Assembly: GCA_049599475.1 (NCBI GenBank)
Contig: JBMYOQ010000017.1
Span: 1 to 64,000 of the forward strand
Reading direction: 5' to 3'
DNA: 64,000 bases
Source of the DNA: Opitutales bacterium
GTDB lineage: Bacteria; Verrucomicrobiota; Verrucomicrobiia; Opitutales; JABSRG01
Of the stretch, positions 29,169 to 37,253 are shown one piece after another. Positions within the stretch are counted from its first letter, which is position 1. The number at the start of each line of letters is the position of its first letter. Made by a program: the position numbers and the translations under genes. The notes beneath the pieces are model-generated. The model was not told the DNA's origin, made no database searches, and was given only the letters and a program-made list of their open reading frames with translations.

Positions 29169-30599
29169 ATGAGTGCTTATGCTATCTGGGCCCTGGTCTT
29201 CCTCTCAGCCTACGGAATGTGGCTGTTGTTTCTCACTGTGCGTAGCTGGAAGAATCCATCGGGCAATCCAGAGAGCTTCTTTTTGGCCAGCAAACAGGTC
29301 GGACTGATCCCAACGATTCTTACTTTCTGGGCCACCTACATCAGCGCAGCAGCAATTATTGGTGGCGCGGGCTACTACTACATTCATGGCATCGGGAATC
29401 TGTATTTTGCGGTGTTTTCCTACACAATACTTGCGATTATTTCAGGGACCTTAGGTCGAAGGCTGTGGCGACTTTCCCGTGAATACCCAGAGGTTCGCTC
29501 GCCCATACAGCTCTACTTGCGCTCGTACAAATCCGGCGCGCTCGAAGTCCTGTTCGTCATCGTAGCGCTGTATTGTATGATCCCTTACATTGCCACGCAG
29601 ATTACCGGCATTGCCAGACTCTTGGAAGGAGCACTTGGTCTTCCCTACGCGCCCACCGCCGCGGGCGCACTCGCAGTAATCTATTTGTATTCGGAATCTG
29701 GAGGCGTAAAGAACATCATCAAGACCGATGTCGTACAGTCCCTTATGACCATCTTCGGCTGCTTAGGCGTTGTCATCGCGTTTCTCTGGGCCAATTGGTC
29801 TCTCGATTTTTCGGCGTTTTTAGCGGATGTCGATGCCGTGCACGAAGAGTCGCTTCTCGGAATACCCGGCCCGAATGGTCTCTACACTGCACCCGTTCTC
29901 ATTGGCATTGCCATTATGCTTTCGTTTGGGGGCATTTCGATGGCCCACAATGCGCAGCGCTACATGATGGCCAAGGATGAGAAGTTTCTGAAAATACTCA
30001 TGTTTGTCTTCCCCTTCATGGGTATCATCACGACCGTCATGGCTGGAATCCTCGGCCTCGGGGGCGCCGTAGTGTTTCCCGGCTTGGAGAGCGGAGACCA
30101 GGTCATTGGTAAAGTGACAGCGAGTGTCCCCGCGATCATCGGAGCGATGGCAACGATTGGTATCATTGCCGCCACGATGTCTACTGCAGACTCGATTTTG
30201 CTCAGTGTCGGATTCATCGTAAGCGAACAGCGCTATCGCGGCAAAAAGGACGTAGAGCCCAAGAAAATTCTTAATATTCACCGCTGGTTCACGCTCGGCA
30301 TCTCTCTATTTGCCTTCATCGCAAGTATTAAGCCGGAGCTAGTTACCGAGCTTGTATTTGGTGCCTTTGGAGGAATGCTCCAACTGACCCCAGCCATGAT
30401 TTTGGGCATCTATCACAAGTCTCCATCCAAATGGATCGGCGCTGCCAGTGTCATCGTGGGTCTGATCGTGATGACCGCGAGCACCACGGAGTGGTATCAA
30501 GGCTCGATTCTCAGCAGCTTGCCCGGCTATCTTTCCGGATTTTTAGCCGCAGCCATCATCACGCTGATCAACATCGCTGCGCCCCAAAAGCAATCCTAG
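29169..30599 (+). CDS. sodium:solute symporter family protein
   Basis: Many TM helices; FFLASKQVG, ATYISAAAIIGG, GGVKNIIKTDVVQS, AATMSTADS. Confidence 0.92.
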   Translation: MSAYAIWALVFLSAYGMWLLFLTVRSWKNPSGNPESFFLASKQVGLIPTILTFWATYISAAAIIGGAGYYYIHGIGNLYFAVFSYTILAIISGTLGRRLWRLSREYPEVRSPIQLYLRSYKSGALEVLFVIVALYCMIPYIATQITGIARLLEGALGLPYAPTAAGALAVIYLYSESGGVKNIIKTDVVQSLMTIFGCLGVVIAFLWANWSLDFSAFLADVDAVHEESLLGIPGPNGLYTAPVLIGIAIMLSFGGISMAHNAQRYMMAKDEKFLKILMFVFPFMGIITTVMAGILGLGGAVVFPGLESGDQVIGKVTASVPAIIGAMATIGIIAATMSTADSILLSVGFIVSEQRYRGKKDVEPKKILNIHRWFTLGISLFAFIASIKPELVTELVFGAFGGMLQLTPAMILGIYHKSPSKWIGAASVIVGLIVMTASTTEWYQGSILSSLPGYLSGFLAAAIITLINIAAPQKQS

Positions 30600-30601
30600 C
30601 C

Positions 30602-32104
30602 TCAGCGCCAACGCTCCATCGCATTGTGCTTCGGTAATTCCCAAATTCTACGACCCGTTTTTTCCTCGGTTTCGTAGCTTTCGAAGAACATGTCTCTGGC
30701 GCTTCGTAGACTATCTTGCTGCGCAGATGAGGGCGCCGGGCTTTCGAAGCGCTCCTTGAGTGGATGCGCCAAGTCGAACCAAGCTTCGGTATAGGTACCG
30801 TCGGGTTCATAACGGGTAACTAGTTTCCATCGGCCGTCATGGACCATGCGCGCATTCCCGTATTCAGCGTATTGATACTTTCGCCAATCCAAAGGGCGCT
30901 TACCTTGAAGTAGCGGCTTGAGGCTCACGCCAGGGCCCTCGGATGTTCGAGGGTCATCAAATGCGACATCGAGGAGGGTCGCGTGTAAGTCACACAGGGT
31001 GATGAATTCACTGCGAACCTGTCCACTCAGCACCCACGCATCGGGCCCCGAAACGATGAAGGGAACGTTTATAGATTCCTGATACAAATTCTGAGGAATG
31101 CTCCCATTTCCCTTTCCGTATAATCCATATTGCCCAGTCATATGCCCATGATCCGAGGTATATACGATAAGGGTCTCCTCAGTAATCTCGCGACCTTGTA
31201 ATGCATCCAAAATACGCCCGACTTGCTCATCCAACAGAGAGACCGCCGCGAGGTATTGAGCCATCTGCTCTGTATGATTGGTAATCACCTCGCCGGCCAT
31301 CGCGGGCCTTCCGAGTGTGGAATTACCGCCCGGAGCCACCAAGTCGTTTGCAATGGGTCTATACTTTGCGACAAGCCGTTCAGGAAGATCCTCGAACGGA
31401 AAATGCGGTTCGACATAATTGAGGAAAATGGCGAAAGGCGCGTCGGCTGGTTCGTCGATGAAGCTTATCGCATTTTCCGTAAGAAAGTGGGCTTGAACGC
31501 CCGTGAATTTTTCCGCCTCACCATCTCTTGAGAAATGAACAGTGCCCGCGTGTAGGTATTGATTAATCCAAGGCGCATCCCGCTCGTCATAACTCAGCCA
31601 GCGATCAAAGCCACGCGCCGGGCGCCAGCTTTCATTGTCCGCATGCCATTTGCCAAACAGCCCGACACGGTAGCCGGCCTCCTGGAGGTCCTCGGAGAGC
31701 AACCTTTCGCCTTTCAGCCACCCGTCTTTCTGAGCGAAGTCTTCCGATAGGAAATCATGCACGCCATGCTGCGATGGCATTTTCCCAGTAAAGAAACTTG
31801 CACGCGCCGCCGAGCACACAGGCACCGGCGATATGGCCTGGTCAAAGCGCACCCCAGTTTTCGCCAGGTAATCCAAATTCGGTGTATGAATCAGCTCGTC
31901 GTAGGCTCCCAAAGCCCAACGCCCCTGGTCATCAGACATAATGACAATCAGGTTCGGTTTCGATGTCTGCTCTTCCGCTTGCAGGTTCCCAAAGAAACAA
32001 CCGCTCAGAACCGCGAGCGCCAAGACGCGAGAATAATTTAAAATTCCCCCTCTCTCAAACCAAGCTCTCATACAACCGCCACTTACCAGTTTGCTATCAA
32101 CCAA
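30602..32104 (-). CDS. sulfatase (S1, Cys-type), secreted
   Basis: KPNLIVIMSDD, CSAARAS, GKWH, YTSDHG; start uncertain. Confidence 0.92.
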   Translation of the reverse strand: MVDSKLVSGGCMRAWFERGGILNYSRVLALAVLSGCFFGNLQAEEQTSKPNLIVIMSDDQGRWALGAYDELIHTPNLDYLAKTGVRFDQAISPVPVCSAARASFFTGKMPSQHGVHDFLSEDFAQKDGWLKGERLLSEDLQEAGYRVGLFGKWHADNESWRPARGFDRWLSYDERDAPWINQYLHAGTVHFSRDGEAEKFTGVQAHFLTENAISFIDEPADAPFAIFLNYVEPHFPFEDLPERLVAKYRPIANDLVAPGGNSTLGRPAMAGEVITNHTEQMAQYLAAVSLLDEQVGRILDALQGREITEETLIVYTSDHGHMTGQYGLYGKGNGSIPQNLYQESINVPFIVSGPDAWVLSGQVRSEFITLCDLHATLLDVAFDDPRTSEGPGVSLKPLLQGKRPLDWRKYQYAEYGNARMVHDGRWKLVTRYEPDGTYTEAWFDLAHPLKERFESPAPSSAQQDSLRSARDMFFESYETEEKTGRRIWELPKHNAMERWR

Positions 32105-32901
32105 GCGGTCAAGGTACCCGCGGACTTCGCGGCAATTGGGCCGTATTTTAAATAGTCATTACTTGGGAGGGCCTGAGCGCGATTGCTGCCTGAACGCACT
32201 ACGAGATGCGGCACTCCAAATTGCTCACATACGAGTGAGAACGTAGCCGACTCCATTTCCATGATATCGGTTTTAAGCGAACGCAATTGCTCGATCTGCT
32301 TCTGCGGAACTCCAAAGAAATCTCCCGACGCTACGCGACCCGGTGCGATGGTAATGGTGTAGGTCTTATCATCCACAGTGACACTGTGCGGCTCGTAGCT
32401 CTCCACGAGCTCCAGCGCCTTGGCATGCATGCTGGGGGTGATTTCAAAATTATTCTCCTTCAAGGGCGCCCGGTTCTTGACGCCCGGCGGTTGCAAGCCC
32501 CCGATGAAAATGCCGTCTTCGCCAAGACTTCCGTAATCGTGAATGAATACGTGACTCGGAATAATGATATCTCCGGTGCGGATGTTATTCGCATTAATGC
32601 GCGCGCCTGTTCCAGTCATGAAAGCCATCTCCGGCTCAAACTCATTGAGAAACATCGCGACCACCATCGCGGTGTAGCTCTTGCCCACGCCCGTCGCGGC
32701 GACGATCACATCCTTCCCCGCAAGCGTGCCTCGGACATATTCGATGCCTGATAATGATCCTTCTTCGGCGCCCACTAGCTTCTCAATAACAGGCGGGATC
32801 TCCTGCGGCACCGCCCCAAAGACAATGATCGGCTGAGCCTTCAGAGAAAGAGCCGAAGTGAGTAGAACAAGTAATGCTGAGGCAATAATATGGAGTCGCA
32901 T
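32083..32901 (-). CDS. 5'-methylthioadenosine/SAH nucleosidase family protein with signal peptide
   Basis: GAVPQEI, TGVGKS, TGTGA, VASGDFF, EMESAT, VRSGSN; signal peptide MRLHIIASALLVLLTSALSLKA. Confidence 0.85.
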   Translation of the reverse strand: MRLHIIASALLVLLTSALSLKAQPIIVFGAVPQEIPPVIEKLVGAEEGSLSGIEYVRGTLAGKDVIVAATGVGKSYTAMVVAMFLNEFEPEMAFMTGTGARINANNIRTGDIIIPSHVFIHDYGSLGEDGIFIGGLQPPGVKNRAPLKENNFEITPSMHAKALELVESYEPHSVTVDDKTYTITIAPGRVASGDFFGVPQKQIEQLRSLKTDIMEMESATFSLVCEQFGVPHLVVRSGSNRAQALPSNDYLKYGPIAAKSAGTLTAWLIANW

Positions 32902-33002
32902 ACATCGACGTCCAGCACGGGGTGTTCCAGGGACGATTCCTTGAAATCGGATCTCACGCCTGCTGCGCTCAAGCAGGAAAGACGCGAAGACTCAATGAAG
33001 AT

Positions 33003-33069
33003 AATCTGCGTCCATCTGTCCAATCTGCGGATCGTCCTAATCCAGCTTTGCGTCTTGGCAGCTTTAGCA
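33003..33069. repeat. orphan short-period repeat tracts
   Basis: AATCTGCGTCCATCTGTCCAATCTGCGGAT (33003-33032; CTGCGTCCATCTG also at 21267-21279) and CTTTGCGTCTTGGCAGCTTTAGC (33046-33068). Confidence 0.55.
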
Positions 33070-33084
33070 CAGCGAGCGTGCGGA

Positions 33085-33648
33085 TCAATTTCCTTCAGAA
33101 ACAATCAACCGCTCGGCCAGTTTCTTAGCCACCTGGATTCCTTCGGGCTTACCTGCTTGAGCGAGGACAATTGAGCCTTCCAGCAAAAGCTGTAGCTCCA
33201 TCGCCAAACACTCGGGCTCATTAAATTTTCCTTCTTCCGCTATCTGTATAATAAAGCCGCGCATCGTGTTTTTCGCGTTCTGCGCGATGCGCCCGAGCTC
33301 TGTCGAACACCCGCCGAGCTCGTTCAAGGTCTTAATGAAAATGCATCCGCTGAAACGCGGTGAACGAAACCAATCATAATAGTATTCGAAACACGCCATG
33401 AGCTTCTCATGGGCGCTCCCATCGAGGCTCAAAATACGACGCTGCACATCCGCGAACATCTTATTGTGGTGGTCCATCAAGACTTCCTGGATGAGGCCTT
33501 CCTTTGACCCAAAATGCTTATAGAGGGTCCGCTTGGTGACTCCCGATTCCTTCGAAATTTGATCCACCCCAGTCCCGTTAAACCCCTGCAATTCGAACAA
33601 GCGATTAGCCGCCTCGAGGATCTGTTCTCGTTTCTCTGAAGTATTCAT
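33085..33648 (-). CDS. TetR/AcrR family transcriptional regulator
   Basis: KREQILEAANRLFELQGFNGTGVDQISKESGVTKRTLYKHFGSKE HTH; C-terminal GCIF; ATG at 33648. Confidence 0.95.
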   Translation of the reverse strand: MNTSEKREQILEAANRLFELQGFNGTGVDQISKESGVTKRTLYKHFGSKEGLIQEVLMDHHNKMFADVQRRILSLDGSAHEKLMACFEYYYDWFRSPRFSGCIFIKTLNELGGCSTELGRIAQNAKNTMRGFIIQIAEEGKFNEPECLAMELQLLLEGSIVLAQAGKPEGIQVAKKLAERLIVSEGN

Positions 33649-33750
33649 TTTCTGTAAGTTACTGTCTGTTAGCAGCTTATTCCCCAATCGAGGCAAGCCT
33701 GCACAATTTTTTTAAAAGTCTTGGAAATAAAACTGAGCTTATTGAATCTT

Positions 33751-33772
33751 AAGTATACAGATCAGTATACTT
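33751..33772. promoter_or_regulatory. palindromic operator, probably for the divergent TetR
   Basis: AAGTATAC-AGATCA-GTATACTT overlapping a TATACT -10 hexamer; TTGAAT at 33742. Confidence 0.75.
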
Positions 33773-33820
33773 TGACTCGCTGATCACAACATTAAACTTA
33801 AAATTAAACACGCATATCAC

Positions 33821-34258
33821 ATGAACACATTCAAAAATATCATTCTCGTAGCAGTTGCTACTATCGTCACATCCGTAAACGCATTGGCAGCCAAGGCTGG
33901 CGATTACGACCTTCCCGCCGCTGGGGGTTACGACCTGGTGAGCTATCATCAAGACAGTGGACCTGTGAGAGGCTCAGGGTTTCACGTTTCGGAATACAAG
34001 GGGGTGAATTACATCTTCGCCAACGAAGAAAACAAGGCGACCTTCGACGCCAATCCAGAAGCCTATTTGCCAGCTTACAACGGCTACTGCGCATTCGGTG
34101 TCGCTCTCGGTAAGAAGTTTCACACGGACCCGCTCGTTTACGAAATTGTCGACGGCGTACTCTACCTGAACCTCGACAAAGACATTCAGGGAAAGTGGTC
34201 AGAAGACATCCGAGGACACATAACTAAGGCCAACCAGAACTGGGCCAAGATTCAGTAA
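33821..34258 (+). CDS. secreted YHS domain-containing protein (Cys form)
   Basis: Signal peptide; GGYDLVSY, YIFANEENKATF, YLPAYNGYCAFG, DGVLYLN. Confidence 0.88.
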   Translation: MNTFKNIILVAVATIVTSVNALAAKAGDYDLPAAGGYDLVSYHQDSGPVRGSGFHVSEYKGVNYIFANEENKATFDANPEAYLPAYNGYCAFGVALGKKFHTDPLVYEIVDGVLYLNLDKDIQGKWSEDIRGHITKANQNWAKIQ

Positions 34259-34287
34259 ACCAAAGATTTAACTAGAAAGGAAAACAC

Positions 34288-34626
34288 ATGAGCACATATG
34301 TAAGAGAGATCCAATCAGTCGCCGAGTTTGAGGCACTGATCCAGCAAAATGACCAGCCCGTCGTAGTCGACTTTTGGGCACCGTGGTGCGGACCTTGCCA
34401 AGCCTTCGGAGCCATTCTAGATAAGGCCGCAAATCAGCTAGGCGACGACGCAACAGTCGCGAAAGTAAACGTGGACGACCTGCGTGAAATCGCACTCCAA
34501 TACCGAATCACATCCATACCGACAGTTCTCTATTTTTCAGATGGGCAACTGCAGCACCGGGAGAGCGGTATTGTTCAAGAAGGCGCGATTGTTGATCGAG
34601 TAAATAGTCTAACGGCCGGCGTTTAG
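34288..34626 (+). CDS. thioredoxin
   Basis: VVVDFWAPWCGPC, SIPT. Confidence 0.97.
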   Translation: MSTYVREIQSVAEFEALIQQNDQPVVVDFWAPWCGPCQAFGAILDKAANQLGDDATVAKVNVDDLREIALQYRITSIPTVLYFSDGQLQHRESGIVQEGAIVDRVNSLTAGV

Positions 34627-34654
34627 TCTTCATAGTAGCAGTAAATAGTCAGTA

Positions 34655-34690
34655 GGGGAGCTCACTGTTTTGGCAGTGAGCTCTCTTTTT
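34655..34690 (+). terminator. intrinsic terminator
   Basis: GAGCTCACTG / CAGTGAGCTC then TCTTTTT. Confidence 0.85.
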
Positions 34691-34790
34691 GTTTTCGCAT
34701 TTCGGTCGATCACGAAAGTAGCCGAAACCCATGTGTTCACCCAGTCGCAGAAACTTAGGGACCGCAGGATTGTTAACAATTTCACTTCCC

Positions 34791-36359
34791 ATGAAATATT
34801 TCTCTCCTTCTTCTATTATCCTGTTCCTATGTGTTCTGGGAATCTGCACTTCCCTGTTTTCACAACAAAAACCCAATCTGTTGTTCATCATGACAGATCA
34901 GCATCGCTTCGATGCATTGAGTATCGCGGGGAATGAAACGGTCAAAACACCCAACTTAGATCGCATCGCAAAGGAAGGTGTCTTCTTTGAAAACGCTTAC
35001 ACCGCCAATCCAGTCTGCGTTCCAGCACGTGCATCCTTCCTGACGGGACTGTCACCCGTAGCCTCCAAAGTAGAGGGAAACGGAGATTACGAAAACCCCG
35101 ACATACCCCGAGTCCCCACCTTCGACAGCGTTCTTGCTGAGAATGGCTACGCGGCAGAATACTATGGCAAATGGCATACGCCTTACCAGTTTGCAGAATG
35201 TTATGATAACAAAGTCAAAGCCGTCGGCCCTATCGGCAATCGAATCGGAGCCGCCCAAATTCGCGAGTATCAACGCTGGCTCTACAATAAAGGTGTAAAA
35301 CCTAAGGAACCAGGTGAAGGCCAACTCTTCTCAAACCGAAACCAGCGCCCATATACCCCGATACCCTTAGATGTTAATTACGAAAACGCTCAGCAATCGA
35401 CAGATGAGAAAATGAAGATCAGAGCGAAGCAGCATTATCAATATGGACGCATCGACCTCCCGGCTAATGTATCTTACGCAGCCTACACCGCCGAGGAGAC
35501 CCTCGAGGCCCTTGATCGCTTAGCGGGAAAACCCTTCACCCTCACGGCATCTTTCGATCCGCCACACCCTCCAATGATTCTGCAAGAGCCATATTACAGC
35601 ATGTATGACCCCGCAGACATACCGGTCCCTGAGTGTATCACAGACCTCATGACGGACTCTCCCTACAAAAAGAAGGCTGCGGAACCCCTACAGAAGCGCT
35701 ATCGCAATGCAGAACATATCCAACACATGCGATCCATCTACTACGGTATGATCACCGAAGTCGACGACTGGGTAGGCAAAATTCTTGATAAACTCGACAC
35801 CCTGGGCATCGCCGAAAACACCCTGATCATATTCACGGCGGACCACGGGGAAATGCTTGGTGACCATGGCATGAATTCAAAAGTAATGTTCTACGAAGGG
35901 GCAGTTCATATTCCGCTCCTTATGCGCTTTCCACAAGAGGTCTCCGCCGGCACGGTCGTATCTGATCCGGTATCAGCTCTCGACGTATTCTCTACGATTC
36001 TCGACTACATGGATATGCCTATCCCGCCAAGCAATGGCATTAGCCTCCGGCCTTTCATTGAAGGCAATGCCCCAGAGCATGACGTAATCTCCTACTCCCT
36101 CGGTCGCGACGTACCAAACTATATGATACGCCATCAGAACCTCAAACTCCTGCTCGGCCAAGATGCAAATTACAGAGGAGTCGACGCTCTCTACGACCTC
36201 GAGGCCGACCCGCTGGAAATGCGCAATCCCATTCTTTCGCCTATCGCTCCGGAGAAAAACCGAGCTCAAGCTATGATGATGCAAGAGCGCCTAGTCAACT
36301 GGCTCAAGAAGCACGAGCCTCATAAGGCAGAAGGCATTGAGCAGCGAAAACTATTCTAG
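34791..36359 (+). CDS. sulfatase (S1, Cys-type), secreted
   Basis: Signal peptide; KPNLLFIMTDQHR, CVPARAS, GKWH, PPHPP, ADHGEMLG. Confidence 0.93.
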   Translation: MKYFSPSSIILFLCVLGICTSLFSQQKPNLLFIMTDQHRFDALSIAGNETVKTPNLDRIAKEGVFFENAYTANPVCVPARASFLTGLSPVASKVEGNGDYENPDIPRVPTFDSVLAENGYAAEYYGKWHTPYQFAECYDNKVKAVGPIGNRIGAAQIREYQRWLYNKGVKPKEPGEGQLFSNRNQRPYTPIPLDVNYENAQQSTDEKMKIRAKQHYQYGRIDLPANVSYAAYTAEETLEALDRLAGKPFTLTASFDPPHPPMILQEPYYSMYDPADIPVPECITDLMTDSPYKKKAAEPLQKRYRNAEHIQHMRSIYYGMITEVDDWVGKILDKLDTLGIAENTLIIFTADHGEMLGDHGMNSKVMFYEGAVHIPLLMRFPQEVSAGTVVSDPVSALDVFSTILDYMDMPIPPSNGISLRPFIEGNAPEHDVISYSLGRDVPNYMIRHQNLKLLLGQDANYRGVDALYDLEADPLEMRNPILSPIAPEKNRAQAMMMQERLVNWLKKHEPHKAEGIEQRKLF

Positions 36360-36411
36360 GTTTTTAGGTACACCCCAGGGGAATGCCGACTCTCAATCAT
36401 TTTAAATGATA

Positions 36412-36498
36412 TGGTAGGGCGAAACCGTTTCGGTGAGCCGATCGGGGGTCTAACAAAGGCTTAAATGTTGCGGCTCACCGGGACGGTTCGCCCTACCA
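36412..36498. repeat. GTAG-type REP inverted doublet (second family)
   Basis: TGGTAGGGCGAAACCGTTTCGGTGAGCCG / CGGCTCACCGGGACGGTTCGCCCTACCA. Confidence 0.85.
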
Positions 36499-36584
36499 CT
36501 CCTGCACTTCGATAGTGGGGGTTTGCCAGAATAAACAAATACACGTTTCAGGTTACCGTCCAACTGCTACTTTCAGAGAGATAT

Positions 36585-36686
36585 AGGGGTAGCCACCGAT
36601 TTCCGAGCGGTGGTATACAGAAATTTCGCCCAGCTGGTACGCTGCATTCAGCCGCTCGGAGATCGGCCGCTACCGATGACATCATC
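36585..36686. repeat. REP doublet / REPIN-like element, copy 2 (inverted relative to 10045-10146)
   Basis: Reverse complement aligns with copy 1 across both arms, the spacer (CAGCTGGGCGAAATT) and the flank GATGATGTCATC. Confidence 0.9.
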
Positions 36687-36787
36687 CTAACAGCGACATT
36701 CAACCGTCGCGGCTCGCCGCCCCGTTTGCGCCCAACCTGCATCGCGAGACGATTCGCGATACCGGTGAGGTAAGTTATCCACGCTCC

Positions 36788-37249
36788 CTAATCAATAAAT
36801 GCCCAAAGCTTTTTCTGCGAGGTCTTATCAAGAGCGCTTCGATCTTTGATCTCATAAATATCACCAGCCAAATCTGTGATGAGTATATTGCCATTATCCA
36901 GGATCTGCGGAAACTCATCGAGCATGGTCTGGAGCTTACGTGGACCTCGATTCGTATCCACTTTCCACACACGCAGTTCGAAATCGCGTTCAATCTCGTG
37001 AATCTGCGTTATTTGAAAAGTAAATTGCCCTGCCCCGAGTGCTTCCTGAATTTTCAGCTGATCATCGGGGCTCAAAGTCGACACATCTTCGATCAGAGCA
37101 TGCTCTTTTCCTTTATCATCGCGCAAGGAAATATACGCGCCCTTCTCTGACCAAGGAAAGCACGGGCACGGGTTTACAGGCACCCACTCACCGCTTTCAT
37201 TTTGTACTGTGATGCGGCCTGACGCGCAGTTTTGTAATAAAATACTCAT
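36788..37249 (-). CDS. DUF1854 domain protein
   Basis: CFPWS...YISLRD...WKVDTNRGPR...ILITDLAGDIYEI...LDKTSQK; follows the ABC exporter. Confidence 0.85.
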   Translation of the reverse strand: MSILLQNCASGRITVQNESGEWVPVNPCPCFPWSEKGAYISLRDDKGKEHALIEDVSTLSPDDQLKIQEALGAGQFTFQITQIHEIERDFELRVWKVDTNRGPRKLQTMLDEFPQILDNGNILITDLAGDIYEIKDRSALDKTSQKKLWAFID

Positions 37250-37253
37250 GATT

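Noticed and set aside
33821..34258. Selenoprotein (YHS family)
   Set aside because: The relevant codon is TGC (Cys); there is no in-frame TGA.
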